DNA of 44,113 nt from NCBI GenBank assembly GCA_001642005.1, contig LWCA01000181.1:1-44113 (forward strand). Direction: 5' to 3'. Below the pieces are notes generated by a model. The model worked only from the letters and a program-made list of their open reading frames with translations. It ran no database searches and was not told the DNA's origin. The DNA comes from Intoshia linei. Its lineage: Eukaryota; Animalia; Orthonectida. Positions 24,907-39,900 of the stretch are shown one piece after another. The position numbers and the translations under genes are program-made. How positions within the stretch are numbered: position 1 is the stretch's first letter; every line of letters begins with the position of its first letter.

Positions 24907-27900
24907 ATGTACAAATTGGCAATTTCTATATTATTTTTGCTAACTGAAATATCGGGTATACTATACAAAAAAACTTGAAAATATATTTATTAAATAGCGA
25001 GCCATTTTCACAATATTAAAGTTACACACGACAATGGTCAAGATTTTCCAGATAATATGCAAATTAGTATTCAAAAGGGGAAAAATGCGATATACATAAA
25101 TTTACAAAAGAATAAGGATTTGAGTGATACTATACCGATTGAAATGGATGGAGTTAATATTGATAATAAAGAATCAATTAATCCGGTATATATTGATAAT
25201 CTTAAGTAGTAATAATAGTTGTATTGACTTTTATTGATTATGGAATTATTAAATGTAATAAATATGGCCATTACAGAGGTTAACAAAATTAGAAACATCC
25301 GAAACATAATTTTATTAAAAAATTTAGGTTTCGTTACAAATTTTGTTGGTTTTCGTATTTATTAAAAATGTGTTTATCAATGAGTTTTGCATTTACATGT
25401 TAATAGTTACATCAAAATTCATTTTTTAAGAGCTAATTTATCGTATTCGATATAATTCCTATATTTATAGGATGTTGAACACTATTACAATAAAAATAAA
25501 CGCGCAGTGATATCAATGAAAGTTATTAAACGCCATAATCGGAGACTACGCCAAATTGTAATAATAAAGATTAATAAAATAATATGTTTATATATGTTTA
25601 ATATATATTAATATTTAATGGCCGACAATATTTGAATAGATTGTCAGTCTGATTTACAAATTCATTTATAATAATCAATCGTAAATTTGAATAATACATG
25701 TTATTATTATTATTGAATCTTACTATTTTATTAAATTATTAGTATAAATATTTTTTATTATTAATAGACCGGTTCATTTGATTATGGATCAAAATCATAC
25801 AAAATACAACCATTGGCTAAACATGATCCAAATTATTCCACTGTAAATGATCATGCAATTACGAAAATTAATACTAATAATGGTACTTTTTAATTTTATT
25901 TTTAAATCTTAAATTCTTGAATCGCAACTCGAATAAGTATTGATATTATAAAATGACTAGGTTTACTGTTATGTACTACGTACAAATAGTACCTAACTCT
26001 GCCGAAGGAACATTTTTATTTTACCAAAAAAATAAATTCACATTGAAAATCTATCTTAAAAATCCTTCTATTTACTACTTTTAATTTTTTAAATGAGTGG
26101 TTCTCAAACTTGTTTCAGGTGGAATCGTCATATCAGATTAATTTTGATTTTAAAGTGAATTCTTCCGTCTTAACTTTGTTTTGTTAACATTAGCGTAAAG
26201 ATTATAAAAACAAGTGTCATCCCATTTTTTAATTTCTTAAATAGAATATGTAATAATATTAAAAATAAAGTAAAAACAGTCCAATCCTAAAAATTGTCAT
26301 AAATAGCATAAATTCCAGAAAAAATAAAATCATAAAAACAAAAACTTATTTTGTCATTTTTAATGTGATAATATACAGATAATAAATAACAATAAAAAAT
26401 GTTATAAACTGTATATATATAAATAAATATAAAAAATAACTTTATTTATTGAATGTTGTGACGATCAACACAAGACAACTCAAAACATAGCTATCTTAAT
26501 ATCATTATCTCGTTACCGAGTGTATTTATAACTTTATTTTTATAAGTTATACCCACGATTACGTTACTCACCCCTATTGTACACTGTACAAACATAAGTA
26601 CAAAAGTTATTTCAATACATAATATGTCGTATATTAAGATGAAAAAACAATGTTTGTTGAAAATTTGTACAAAGATATTGAAGTTGTAGATGACAATCAA
26701 ATTGATACAGAAAATTTGGATGATAAGTTTGAACATAATCAAGTGGTTATTGAATCACGTGAAATACCAGAAATCAAAATAAATACATTTTATGTAGAAT
26801 TACTTTTCTTATTAGATCATTCCGTTTATGAATGGTAATTACAGATATCAAATAAAATAAATATATTTACAGATACATAATATATATAAAATAATATAGT
26901 ATATAAAAAATATTTAACTTTTTATTACGAACACGATTATATATTCAACATTAACTAAATCTTAAAAAAAATGACATTTTTTGCATTTTAGAAATCAATT
27001 CAATACTATTATTCAAAATTTTAGTTCTATTACCAAAAAGTTTAAAAACTGATATACAGTTATGCTATTAATTATTGATGTTTAAAAAAATATTAAAAAC
27101 TAAAATTTAGGTATCTACATATGTTTAATCAAGATGAAAATAGAGCTTTACAAGAAATTAGATTTGTATATGGTCATATAATGAATGGAGTATGCTTCAT
27201 TTTTTAAGTCAAAAATACATTTAGATTACAATGTCATATGCTAGCATAAGTTTTGACAAGTTTCAATTCATGATCAAAACATTTTTGAAGAAAATAGTAT
27301 TATCTAAAGTAATTTTTTTTGATATAAATTAAAATAAATGTAAAATTAGTCACAAGAAACTTCGCAATATGTCACTAGTACAATAACTACCGTTGGATCT
27401 TCTTTTGAAAAAACTGCTATTGATGGAGATGCATTGTTGTCCAATTTAGGTGAATGGACGAAACAAGATGGTAGAACGTTTTTGGATCCCGACCACACCA
27501 TGCATTTCACCAAGTAACATTTTCATATTTTATTTTATTATTAATATAACATACACACTGTGCTCTGCAACCAAAAATGGCCATTGCACACGTGATCATT
27601 TATAATACATATATGTATATCTAATAATATATTAGATACAATCTTTTTGGAGATGGAACAATTGGTATATATTTTTTTTATATAAAATTAACCCTTCAAT
27701 TGAAAAAAATTTATATATAACGCACTAAATCCAATAATTGGGGACCGCAAATGGCCCGCATAATAGACACACCCTAGTATAAAAAATTAAAGATTTTTAT
27801 TCTTTTATTGTGAATAAGATGGGATGCACAGAAATTGAAAGGGTTTGATTTTCAAAAAGAGGGACAACTAGGATTTTTGACCCGTAAGATGTGAAACTGG

Positions 27901-30900
27901 GAGGTTAAAATTAAGTTTGCGAACACCCCGGAAAAAACTGTAATTAAAATGTGACTTAATAAAATTCTAAGACGGGTAGTTATTTAAATAAAGTAGTACA
28001 CACGCACACAAACAAAAATCGCGTAGCATATTATATAAGTTAGGATTATAGACCCATATTATACACCCTTAAAATTATTAACACATCTAAATTCAAAATT
28101 ACTGAAAAACAATGATTTTGTGAATATGGGTGTTTTAAATAATTAATATCTAGGTTACGCTCCTGTATCCGGTATCTGTGAGTGGGGTAGATCAATTTCT
28201 ACTAACGAAGATGCAGGCATCAATTCATGGAAAACAGCAGTACATGAACTGGGACACAAGTAAGCTTTTTAATAATATTTGTAGCAATACCCTGAAAAGC
28301 CAACAGGAGATCTGATTCAAATGAAAATCGTTGACCCATATATAGAAATATATAAGAAAAATATAAACAGTCTGTAAATATTAAAACTAAATATTAGACT
28401 GTGTGTCCCAATCGGAATATTTATATAGCACACTGTGGTATGATCAATACATTTTAATATAAAATAATTTTTACATTAAGAAATTTTTCTAAAGTATATA
28501 TTAATGTAGTTTTATTGTTTGTATATCACCTGATGATCGGAACCTCGCTCCTCACCCCTTTACTCGTCTTTGGTGTACATGTAGATTATATAAGTTAGTA
28601 AATTAAACTATAAAATAAAACCCTACTACATAGGTAGAGACATTATTTATTTGTTACATTGTGTAATATAAATTTAAGTAATATAAAAATAAGTAAATTT
28701 TATCACAAACTTGTAGATTTTTTATAATAGTTATCATTTTTATATGAGTACATTGTACCTCTCATTTAGTCTTGGATCAAGTCATGATGGTAGAGAAAAC
28801 GGTAATAATTGCGATGTAAATCAATTCAATATTATGCATCCTGGAGGTACTGCAACATCACTAGATTCTTTAAAAAATACTTACAAATTTTCGGAATGTA
28901 GTATTTTATCTTTCAAAAAGACTCTGTTGGGACTAACAGAATATGGGTAATAGTTCTTTTCTTTTTGACATAAAGCGCATACTATAATCATTTTTCATTA
29001 GTTTTCCACGTGTTTGTACCTTTAACAGTATATGTGAACATGGTGAAGAATTCGACGCAACAACTTTACCTGGTGAAATATACGACTTGGACAAACAATG
29101 CCAAATTGAATTTGATGAAGATTCAGGATATTGCCAAGTTATTTTTGAAAATTTAATAATTATTATTAAATAAATTATATCTAATAATAAATAATAATTA
29201 AATTAATATAAATATTAATACATATAATAATACAAAATATGTATGTATCAATAATTGACAGAATCAGCACTTTATAAACATATTTCATGTAAATTTTAGT
29301 AATATTGCAAAGGATTCTAATAAATATAAAAATGATAATAGCAAAGTTGTATTAGTTTTAGTAATTCGTTGTTGTAGTTTTAATTTAAATTTTAAATATA
29401 ATATTTTGTAAATGAGAATTTGAGATTGAAAAATTGCGTAGAATAAAAAAAATTCAGAAAGAATGAATTACAAATTTTCACTCATATTTATTTATTGGAA
29501 ATGTGTAGACGTTTAATGCACATTTTTTTTTGAAATTGTAGGATCAATATTTATTTTAATCGAAATATTTGAAAAATATTGGTTGTTAATATATTAAAAA
29601 TTATTTTTCACCGGGAATGCGTTGATTTCATGGGTGCACTTTTTTATTTATATAAACTGGAATAAGCTCTATCAGAAAAACTTCTTTTTTTAATTTTCGG
29701 ACCGTTAATTATTTCACATTTTTTTTTTAATAAAATATGTCAGAAAAAATATATATGAATATTAAAGCATTTTTTTGACCGTGAAGGCGTCATTTATTCA
29801 GATTGAAATTTTTTGTGTGTGTTAATAGGATACAACTGTACCACCTGACATTTTTGTAAAATTATAGGAATGTTTTCATTAAAAAAAAAGAGTAATTTGG
29901 AGTTTTGGCCCTGAAGATATATTTTATTTTTTTTAAATTTTTGAACCCGTTTAATTTTCAATAAAAAGGACAATTGGGCTTTTTGACCCGTAATATGTGA
30001 GTTTCGGAGGTTTGAATATATTTTGCTAACACCCCGGAAAAAACTGTCATTGAATGATGTCTTTGCAAAATTTCAAATTTCAATTGCAAAATATATTATA
30101 TAAGTAAGGGTAATAAAAAAGTATATATTTATTAACATAACGTAAGTAAATATATAAAGTAATTATACTTACATATATTATACGTGATATCCTATATTAA
30201 TAATAGTTTAATTAATGATTTTTTAATAAGATCGGCGAACCTTCCGAAAATTGCTATTTAACATATTGCAAACAATCTAGTAATAATTGCTACTCTCTTC
30301 CTTATGGTTCCACTCTAGACGGTTCATGGTGTGGACATAATAAGGTAAATTATTATTATAATTATTAGTATATTTAATGTTTATATTTTATATGAAACTT
30401 TTTATACGTTTTAATATCAAAATTACTTATTTTTATAATTATTACAATTGAATATTATATTGACTGTATATATTTTGTTATAATATTTATTTTGTATTAA
30501 TAGTGGTGTATTCAAGGAGAATGTGTTATTAAAAGTGAAGAATCGAGGCCTAAGGGTAAATTTAATCAATCATATTTACAATGTCACAATATAAATTTTG
30601 ATAAAAAGTGTTACATTGAAAAATAAAAATATATAAACATCATTTTATAAACATAGCTATCTCGGTTAGTGGATGTACTATTGGAAAAGATTTTATTAAT
30701 GACAAAACTGTTCCAAGTGGTATTTTAAACATTACTAATAGATTCAATTATTATTCAATATATTAATTAACCAGTTCTTTCATTTATAATAATGTCACCA
30801 GAAAATTATTACCTTTAGACTAAAAAAAAAATTAAATATTAAACTATTTTTAGGTGTACATCAGTTTTTCTCAAATTATGCGGCCTGTGCAATAGTGCGT

Positions 30901-33900
30901 CAAACAAAATAATTTAAAACGAGCTATATACCATTTCATAGAGAATCATTTACATATTTTTTTATTTTTTGTTCCGAAACAAGTTTCTTCTTAATTTGCA
31001 GCTTTTCCTAGCAAAATCTTATAATATTTAGAAATAATTTTAGATATTAAAACAACTAAATAGAAAAGATTTTCAGTAATCACGCAAAAAATACACACTT
31101 TTAACCATTTTTTTAATTACTTCCTAGTACACCCAAAGAAAAAAAGTTAAGAAACACTAATTTATATGTTTTGGTTTGAATATTATTTTGGTTAATTATT
31201 AAAGAATTCAACTATAATTAAAACCAAAAATAAATCAGCTAAAAATAATTATAATGAAATAATACAAATTTTTAAACAAACATGATAAACCCATTCAAGA
31301 AAACAGATACATAAAAACCCAACTAAAACTGACATCCAATTTTTATTTCAAATTACAAATTATAAATATCTTGATCAAATTAGCCCTAATGAAAACGGAC
31401 ATGATCAAAGTAAAATATAAAACGGAATATTTATTATACAATGTATCAATAATAAGAATTTAATCGAAAATTATTTTCGTTTTCGCGGCACATCAATCTT
31501 CTCCTCATGGAGCACAGTTTAGGAATAACTGCCCAAATGTATAGTATAAATCAGCGGTTCTCAAATGGGGGTACTGGTATCCCCTAGAAATACAATAAAT
31601 TATGTTGGGGTACCAGTTCGTCTTATCCTATGACTCACACTTTATGATTCATAAATTATAAATATTTTTAAAATTTACCAACTAATCAGGGTACCAACTG
31701 CGAAGTATGTTGAGAACCGCTGGTATAAATGTATGATATATTATATTTTAGGATGTACTGATTATTATTCAAATTGCAAAGAAATAGCTATCGAACAGCC
31801 GCATCGATGTCTTACAGAAGAACTAGTAGTTAATTGCTGTAAATCGTGTCACAAAGAAGGAATTTACATTCCTGATAATTTCGGTAAGTATGTTTCATAG
31901 ACTATATGTACTTTTAGTACCAGTTTAGTTCACCAACTAGCCCAATAAATTGTATGTTAATAAAATCAAATCTAGGCACAGAAGCGACAGAAACAACCGT
32001 TCCTATTACAACACCCACGCCGACTACTGCAAAAACTACGACTACACAAAAGCCCACGACGACTACTCCAAAACCTACTACAACTACTCCAAATCATACA
32101 ACTGCTACATCTTTGACCGTATCTTCAAGCACAGGTTTTTATCTAAATTTTTTAGACGAGTTTCGGAATATTTGCTATGTCTCCGTTCGGTATCAGTATC
32201 AGTATCAGTTTCGTAGTATTCAATACTGAACTAAATACAAACATGGATGAATTTTTAATGCCTTTAATGAGTCGGAAAGAATTTGAACTGCGCAAAAATT
32301 TTGAGCATATAAAACACATAATTAATTTTATCAGTAGTTTTAAAAATTAAGCATTTAGAATGCAAAGATGAAATTGATGTTTGTTACCAATTTTTGGATT
32401 ACTGTCGTTATTCTTTAACCATCGAAACTATGCAATATTACTGCTCTAAGTCGTGCGAATTTTGCGGTACCATTTTAAAATTTATTTTGTCAACTAACAA
32501 AATTCATTCTATATATTTCCAGTAATTAACCCTTAGATACCAAAATCTTATATATGAGTCTGACGTTTGTGGGTATCGATAAAATTTGAAATGAGATTTA
32601 ATTTAAAATGAAAAATATTAAAATAAGATCAAGTGTTCTTTTTTCCAATTTATCTTCCCATAGTGATGTAATTGCTATATCTCCCTTTATGATTTAGGCC
32701 AGTGGTTCCCAAACTTTTTCGACCATGGACCACTTTTCAAAAAAATTGCTTTCATCCTGAACACGCCATTAAGTTAATATTGCTATGTTTTTATTATATA
32801 TTTCTCCTTAAATTCAAAATTTTACATTAATTTTGAAGTGGTAGCTTCTATGGCCTAATTAAAAAATTATTAATTTCAAATATACTTATGGCAAACTACC
32901 AGTGCCAAACCTATCCTATCCTAGATCCCTATTTGAAAAATCTCGACGAATTTTTTGTAAATGGGGCATTAATTTACTAAATTGAGCATTAAAAAAATTC
33001 TTGAATATCATAACTACATGTAATTTGTATCGAATTTAAAATGCAACTCAAGAGTCTTCTTTGTCTCACTAGGATCTCTTAACACACGTGAATTATTCAC
33101 TTTATTCAGTAAAACTTGACTTCATTTTGATAAAATGATGTTTACGTTAATATGTTATAATAATAATAATATTAAATGATCGATAATGAATAATATTCTA
33201 ATTTAATGTTATTGTTAAAAAAGTTGTCTTTAAAACCACTGATCTAAAATTTACTGTGAACTACTGCTTTAAGTATACAATTTACACATTAAACTTAAAT
33301 ATGTTATTGCTTAAATTTTAAGCAATAAAAATTAATAATTTTAGTAAAATGCATATGAAATAATAAAATATTTTATTCAAAACGCTCATTACTCAGATCG
33401 AGTAATTTTGATTTCATCTTCTTCTCGAAAGATGTCGAAAAAAGTTAAAGAAAAATTTAATATCTATGTTTCTTATAATTCAGTTAAAAATTATAGAAAT
33501 AGTTTAGGCATTCATGCATATAAACCCATATCAAGTCAAAAATTGGAACCTAAACATACCAATAGTAAATTCATTGAAAGCAAGAAATATGTTTTTATGG
33601 CAAAATCTACTATTAAAACATATATTTTCAGTGATGAGAGCAAATTTAACCTAATACATGCTGATGGAAATGTTTAAATATGGAGAAAACTCAATTAAAA
33701 TTTAAATTTTTTTGAAAAAATATGAATTTTAGAAAAAACTTTGGAAGTGGTTTATTGATGGTTTCTGGTTGTTTTTAATATGCAGGGATTGAGAAAATCT
33801 ATTTCATTGATAAAAGGATACATGAAATTGATTACTGTGACATTCTCTCTCGAAACTTATTTGCATCAGTAGAAAAAATGGGCCTGGACACATACATTTT

Positions 33901-36900
33901 GCAGCAAGACAACGATCTCAAAAACACATCAAAACTTGCAAAACAATTTTTTCACCCCCATGTCATTGAATTATTGTCATGGCCTTCGCAATCACCGGAT
34001 ATGAACCCAATTGAAAATCTTTGGTACATTATTAAGTCAAAAATAACATGTGCCCAACCAAATAATTTATGTGAATTTAATTAATTAAATGGTTATCAAT
34101 TAAGAATGAAAAATGGAAAACTGTACTGATACGAATACAGGTGTAGTATTTTCTTGTCGAATGATATACAATATTTTGAAATATCTTCATTCAGTCAAAA
34201 GTTATGGGCATATTAATAAATGAGTAAATAATTCTTTACCACACTGTATATGCATTTGGGGGTCTCAGGATTAAATGAATAATAATTTTCTCATACTTTT
34301 AGTTAGAGGCGTGTTCATATATAAAATTTAAAATTTATTCTATTTATAGGTTATTTCATTTTGTATTTAAATTTTTAACATGTATATAATATATATACTA
34401 TAATACATATATTATATATTTATAGCTTTTGTTTAATTTCTTGTAAAAAAATTAAAGTTACTGAGAGATTAAATCTGTAAATAAAGGATGAATTATAATT
34501 GAAAAGTTATAGAAAATATAAATAATGTGCACATTGACGTATTAATCATTTTAGAAGAAACTACCACAAATAAACCCACAACTATCACGACTCCTACTCC
34601 AACAACCACTACTACCACGACTCCTACGCCAACAACCACTACTACTACGACTCCTACTCCAACAACCACTACTACCACGACTCCTACTTCAACAACCACT
34701 ACTACCACGACTCCCACTCCAACAACCACTTCTACAACTACTTCAAATCCTACAACCGTTAATACAGAATCATGTAATATCCTTATATAATAAAGATTAT
34801 TAGAGTAACCATTTCAACAAAATACACATTTTTTTAAATTTAGAAACTTTTTACTTATAAAAACTCGTTATCCATAAAAAATATTAATTTTATATCAAGT
34901 CTTTATTTTGCATCCATTTTCATAGTTTAGTAAAAATTTATTTGAGGTTAAATTACATAGATTAGAATTAATGTAGATATGCAATATTATGAGCAAAAAT
35001 TATAATAAAAGTTGAAACTAACCAATTTGAATCTAAATTAAATTTTATTTATTGATTCATATGAAAACATCCATTTATTTTCTATACCCTTCCGGTAATA
35101 AAAAGACTTTCTATACACCCACATAAACAATACATCTACTTTACTTAAAATGGTCTGTAAAACTTTTAAGCATTTTTTGGTTGTCCTAATTAATCAATTA
35201 TTATTTAATAGTAATTTAATATTACTATTTAGCATGTCAAGATCAATTAGATAATTGTAGCGATTATATGAATTATTGTTCCGACTTTGAGTTATTGGAT
35301 ACCATGCAATACTACTGTTCCAGTAGTTGTGGATTATGTGGCTACAGTAAGTTTTATTGACTTTGCAATTTAAGAAGGGTTGAACTTTTAAAGTTTTCCT
35401 TCAAATTATGCGTAATATTCATATTTTCAAAGCTTAGATAATAGTGAGTTGTGTGTCACAATTTGCGAATTTAAAATATTGAACATATTTTTTTATTCAC
35501 AAAAGTAATTCCAAAAATTATACTATATTTTATCATTAATCTCAACACGTCATCATTGTATTTTTTATTAATTGTATTGGTAAATTTGATTGAATTCAAT
35601 TTTATCGAATTTAATTTGGAATACAATAGATTGATCAATTGTAAAGCAGAATATGGTAATAGACCCCACTTACAACTGAGTTACCGAACAATGGTGCGTT
35701 TATATTAGTGTAAAATCTAAACATATAAAAGTGTTCCTGCAAACCCAGGTTAAGACTGAAAAACTGCAGAACCAACTAATATTACAAAATAAAAACATTA
35801 TATGATATTTATGTACTATAAAACCAACTTTTAAGATTATTATTTAAGGAAAATTACTTGAAAAATTATTTTTATAATTATATAATAACTAGCTTGACTA
35901 TTATGTACTTTGTACAAACAGCATCCTAGCTCTGCCGAGAAAGGACATTTTATTCTACTAGAAAAATAAATTCCATCAGAAAATTTAACTTAAAAATGCT
36001 ACTATTCACTATTATCCATCAGTTAAAGGAGTGGTTCCTAAGTTGTTACACGTGGACCCGCCATATCACATTAAATTTTTATTTGAAGTGAATTATACCA
36101 CGTTAAATATATTTTGTTGTCATTTGTGAAAAGAATATTAAAAAAAATTGCTATCCCATTTATTTAATTTATTAAACAAAATATATCAAACACATTGTGT
36201 ATAATATTAAAAATAAAGTAAAATCAGTACAATCCTAAAAATTGTCATAAATAGCATAAATTCCAGAAAAACAAAATTGTAAAAACCTATTTTGTGATAT
36301 TCAAAGTGATAATATACATATATATGTTAACCTTTTCACTGTCTAATACTATTTTATGATGCATCATCACACGTCTGGAATTTATTTTTTAATTTAAACA
36401 TGTATTATTTTTAAATTACCTATGTGACAATGTATGAAAATAAATAATAAAGTTTTTCAAAATTATGCTGTGTATAGTATAGAATACACAGACAGTGAAA
36501 GTGTTAATATATATTCAGTACCAATTTAATAAATAATTTAAAATACCATTTATGTATCAATAATTAACATAATCAGCACTTTAGAAACATATTAATTTAT
36601 AATAATAATTATTATTATATATATATAGAAATATAGTTATTTATTTATAACCCATTTATTTTGCCAATATTGCAAAGTATTGTAATAAATATAAAAATGA
36701 CAATAACAAAGTTGTCTTATTTTTAGTAATTCGTTATTGTAGTTTTAATTAAAATTTTATACGAAATGTTTTAAAAATGAGAATTTGAGAATCAAAGATT
36801 GCGTAGCAATGAAAAAAAATCCAAAGGAATCAATTATATAGATTTTCATCCATTTTTTTTATTGGAAATAAGTAAACGTTCAATGCACATTTTTTTTTCA

Positions 36901-39900
36901 AATTGTAGGATCAATATTTACATTTTTAATTTTTATTTTAATGGAAATATTTGAAAAATATTGGTTAATAATATATTAAAAATTATTTTTCACCGGAAAT
37001 GCATAGATTTCTGGGGTTGAAGTTTTGTATTTATATCAACTGGAATAAGCTCTATCAGAATAATTTTTTTTTTTAAATTTCTGACCGTTAATTATTTCAC
37101 ATTTTTTGTTTTAATAAAAAAAATAGTTTCGAAATAAAAAAAATTCAAGTACTTTTTTGACCGGGAAGGCGTCACTTATTCAGATTGAAATTTTTTATGT
37201 GTCTTAACATGATACAATTGTACTATCTATAATTTTTTTAAAATTCCAAGGCTGTATTCGTTTTAAAAAAAATGGTAATGTGGGGTTTTGATTGTGGAAA
37301 TTAGTTTTTTGAAGTTTCCATTTATGATAATGTTTATGATTTTATCTTGATTGATTTAAAACTACCAGAATTTATGTCTAAAAAAAATTTTTGATATGTT
37401 TCATTATTAAAACAAAGGGTAATTTATGGTTTTAACCATGAAGATATGCGTTTCTGACGTAAAGACTAACGAAAATATAATGCTTTTAAAACGCATTCCA
37501 GGGCGTATGTTTTATTATATTTTTGGATTGATTTTTTTAAACAAAAGGTAACAATTGGTTTTTGACCCTGAAGGACTCAAATTCTGAAACTGAAAAATGG
37601 ATAAAAACACGTCCTGGGAAAAACGGTATTAGAAATTTGGTTTTTTTAAATCCTGCCACTGTAAATTTTTTCAATAAATAGTTACACACACAAACATTAT
37701 TTTTATATAAGTAAAGTATGCATTGCAAAAAAATTATAGAAAAACATTAAAATCCTCGATCAAATGTACCGTAGTTTTACAATCTTACAGTCTTACCTGT
37801 TTACAATAAGATTTAGATATTTATATAAAATTTATAATCAGTTTAGCATGTGAAGATCAAATATCTCAATGTGATCAATATACGTATTATTGTGATTTGC
37901 ATCAATATGGAACGTACATGTTTCAAAATTGCAAAAAAACATGCAATATTTGCGATATCGGTAATTTCATGATTAAAATAAGTTAAAAATTAATTTACGT
38001 TATTTTAGTAGCAAATACTTTATTTTAGTAGTAAATACTTTATTTTAGTAGCCTTTATTTTGGTAGTAAATACTTTATTTTAGTAATACGTACTTTATTA
38101 TAAAAGTGAAAAAAGAATTTTAAAAATTAGAAACTAAATATTTATTTAAAATATTTTTTTAACTTCTCTGTTCGGTATAAAGTCGTCAAAAAAAAACTTG
38201 TTTGTTGCATCCTTTTTTCAAAATTTTCAAAATTAAAAATCTAGTTTTTGAAATATTATACCATTCACTAAAGACTCAAGTTAAAACTGAAATATTAGGA
38301 TACCATATTATACCTACAAACCATATTAGAAAAAAATTAGAAATATTTTATGGTGTTCACACCAGAGAATATTTTTTTTATGAGATTAAATTTAAATTTA
38401 AAAAATTTTTCACTTTTATAATAAAGTATGTAGTTATGTTTCGTTAGTAGATAATAAAAATAAACTAGTCTTTATCTACTAGCGAAACATAATATCTGCA
38501 TAGTGATTGTCGTTTTAATATTTTATAATAGAATTATTTTGCTTTGATTATTTCAATATTAAAATATTATATTTAAAAAGTAAATCATATTTTTAAAAAA
38601 AACAAATTTTATATATATTTTTAAGATAGATTGTAGTCTCATGAATATTAAATTTCGGAAATTGATTGATTAATTAAGAGCTAGGTGCTGTTTGTACGAA
38701 GTACATAAGTTTTTTCTATTTGATAAGTCATTGAAATATTTTATAGAAAAACATTTAAAGCGAAATTTTTAATAACCCATAAAGAAGAAATGAGATGGTT
38801 TTTAAAGTTTGAACATTAATTCCGTGAATAATGAGAAAAGTGAAAGATTTATAACATCGAAATTAAAACTACAAACTAAATCAATTTAATTATTATACAA
38901 GTTTTTTCGAATTTCTAATAATTTTTTTATATCTGATGCAGGAACCCAGATGATATTTTTTAATTTGTTTATTAGATCTTCTATTGTTTCTAATGATTCA
39001 TTTATTAATGTATCCTCTTCTGATTCAATGTCAAAAAATTCATCAGATATTTCAATGTTATAAGTTATATCAGTAAATACTGGTAGATCATTTTCGTCAA
39101 TGTTAATATCCAATTTTTTCAAACTGGTTAAAACATCTTCATGATTGATTGTATCAATTTGACATTTGGAGTTTTAGTTTTAGTTTTATTTATATATAAT
39201 ACTTTATTTAATACAGTGTACTGTATATTATTATAATAAATTTATTTTCTTTAATGTAAAATTTGAGGTTGCATTTTAGCCACCATTGTTGATCTCCTGG
39301 GCAGTGTATGCGATAAGGTGAGCCTCATATCATCCTTAACATTCAATCTGTTTCTTGACTTTGTTTTGATATGAACAAGCGTAGAAAATCCTGCTTCACA
39401 TAGATAAGTTGACGGAAAAGGTAATAGCAATCTCAAAGCAATCGTAGATACATTTGGATATAAATCAATCATATCACACCAAAACGTACTTAGTGGTTTT
39501 TCATAGAAAATATTACGTGCAGTGGAATCATTTATTAAATCTATTACTTCACCTGTATTTTATCGGGAATAGATTCTGTATTGAGTGAAGAAGAAAATGA
39601 ATTACGAACTAAACTTGCTTCTATTTCGTTTAGATTAGGAAAATATTTGTTAAATTGAATTTGCAGAGATTTAAAATGATCACTTAATTTATTTTTTAAA
39701 CTTTCATCGAGATTATTATGTTTCATAATTAAATATGATAAATTATGAAACAGCCGCATTACCAAGAATAATTTTACGATTTCAATTTTTTAATTTAGCC
39801 ACAAAAGCACGCAAATAATCCTCAAATTGAAGAATATTTGCGTCTCTTCCCTGTAATTTGAACTTGTTTAATAATCCAAAAATATCCGATAAATATGCAA

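Noticed and set aside
24900-25307. Hydrophobic minus-strand ORF (25071-25307) resembling a membrane protein
   Set aside because: It is the antisense shadow of plus-strand protease exon 2, which has valid splice sites and joins a signal-peptide exon.
26491-26742. 83-aa minus ORF
   Set aside because: It is antisense to protease exon 5 and adjacent intron.
30860-31531. Possible hAT element CAGTTTTTCTCAAA ... TTTAGGAATAACTG
   Set aside because: The TIRs are degenerate and the 8-bp flanks do not match; plausible but unsupported.
34493-34729. Val/Gly-rich minus ORF
   Set aside because: It is antisense to the Thr-rich exon 18.
34587-38100. Regular repeats considered as CRISPR-like arrays
   Set aside because: They are head-to-tail tandem repeats without unique spacers, in a eukaryotic context with no cas genes.
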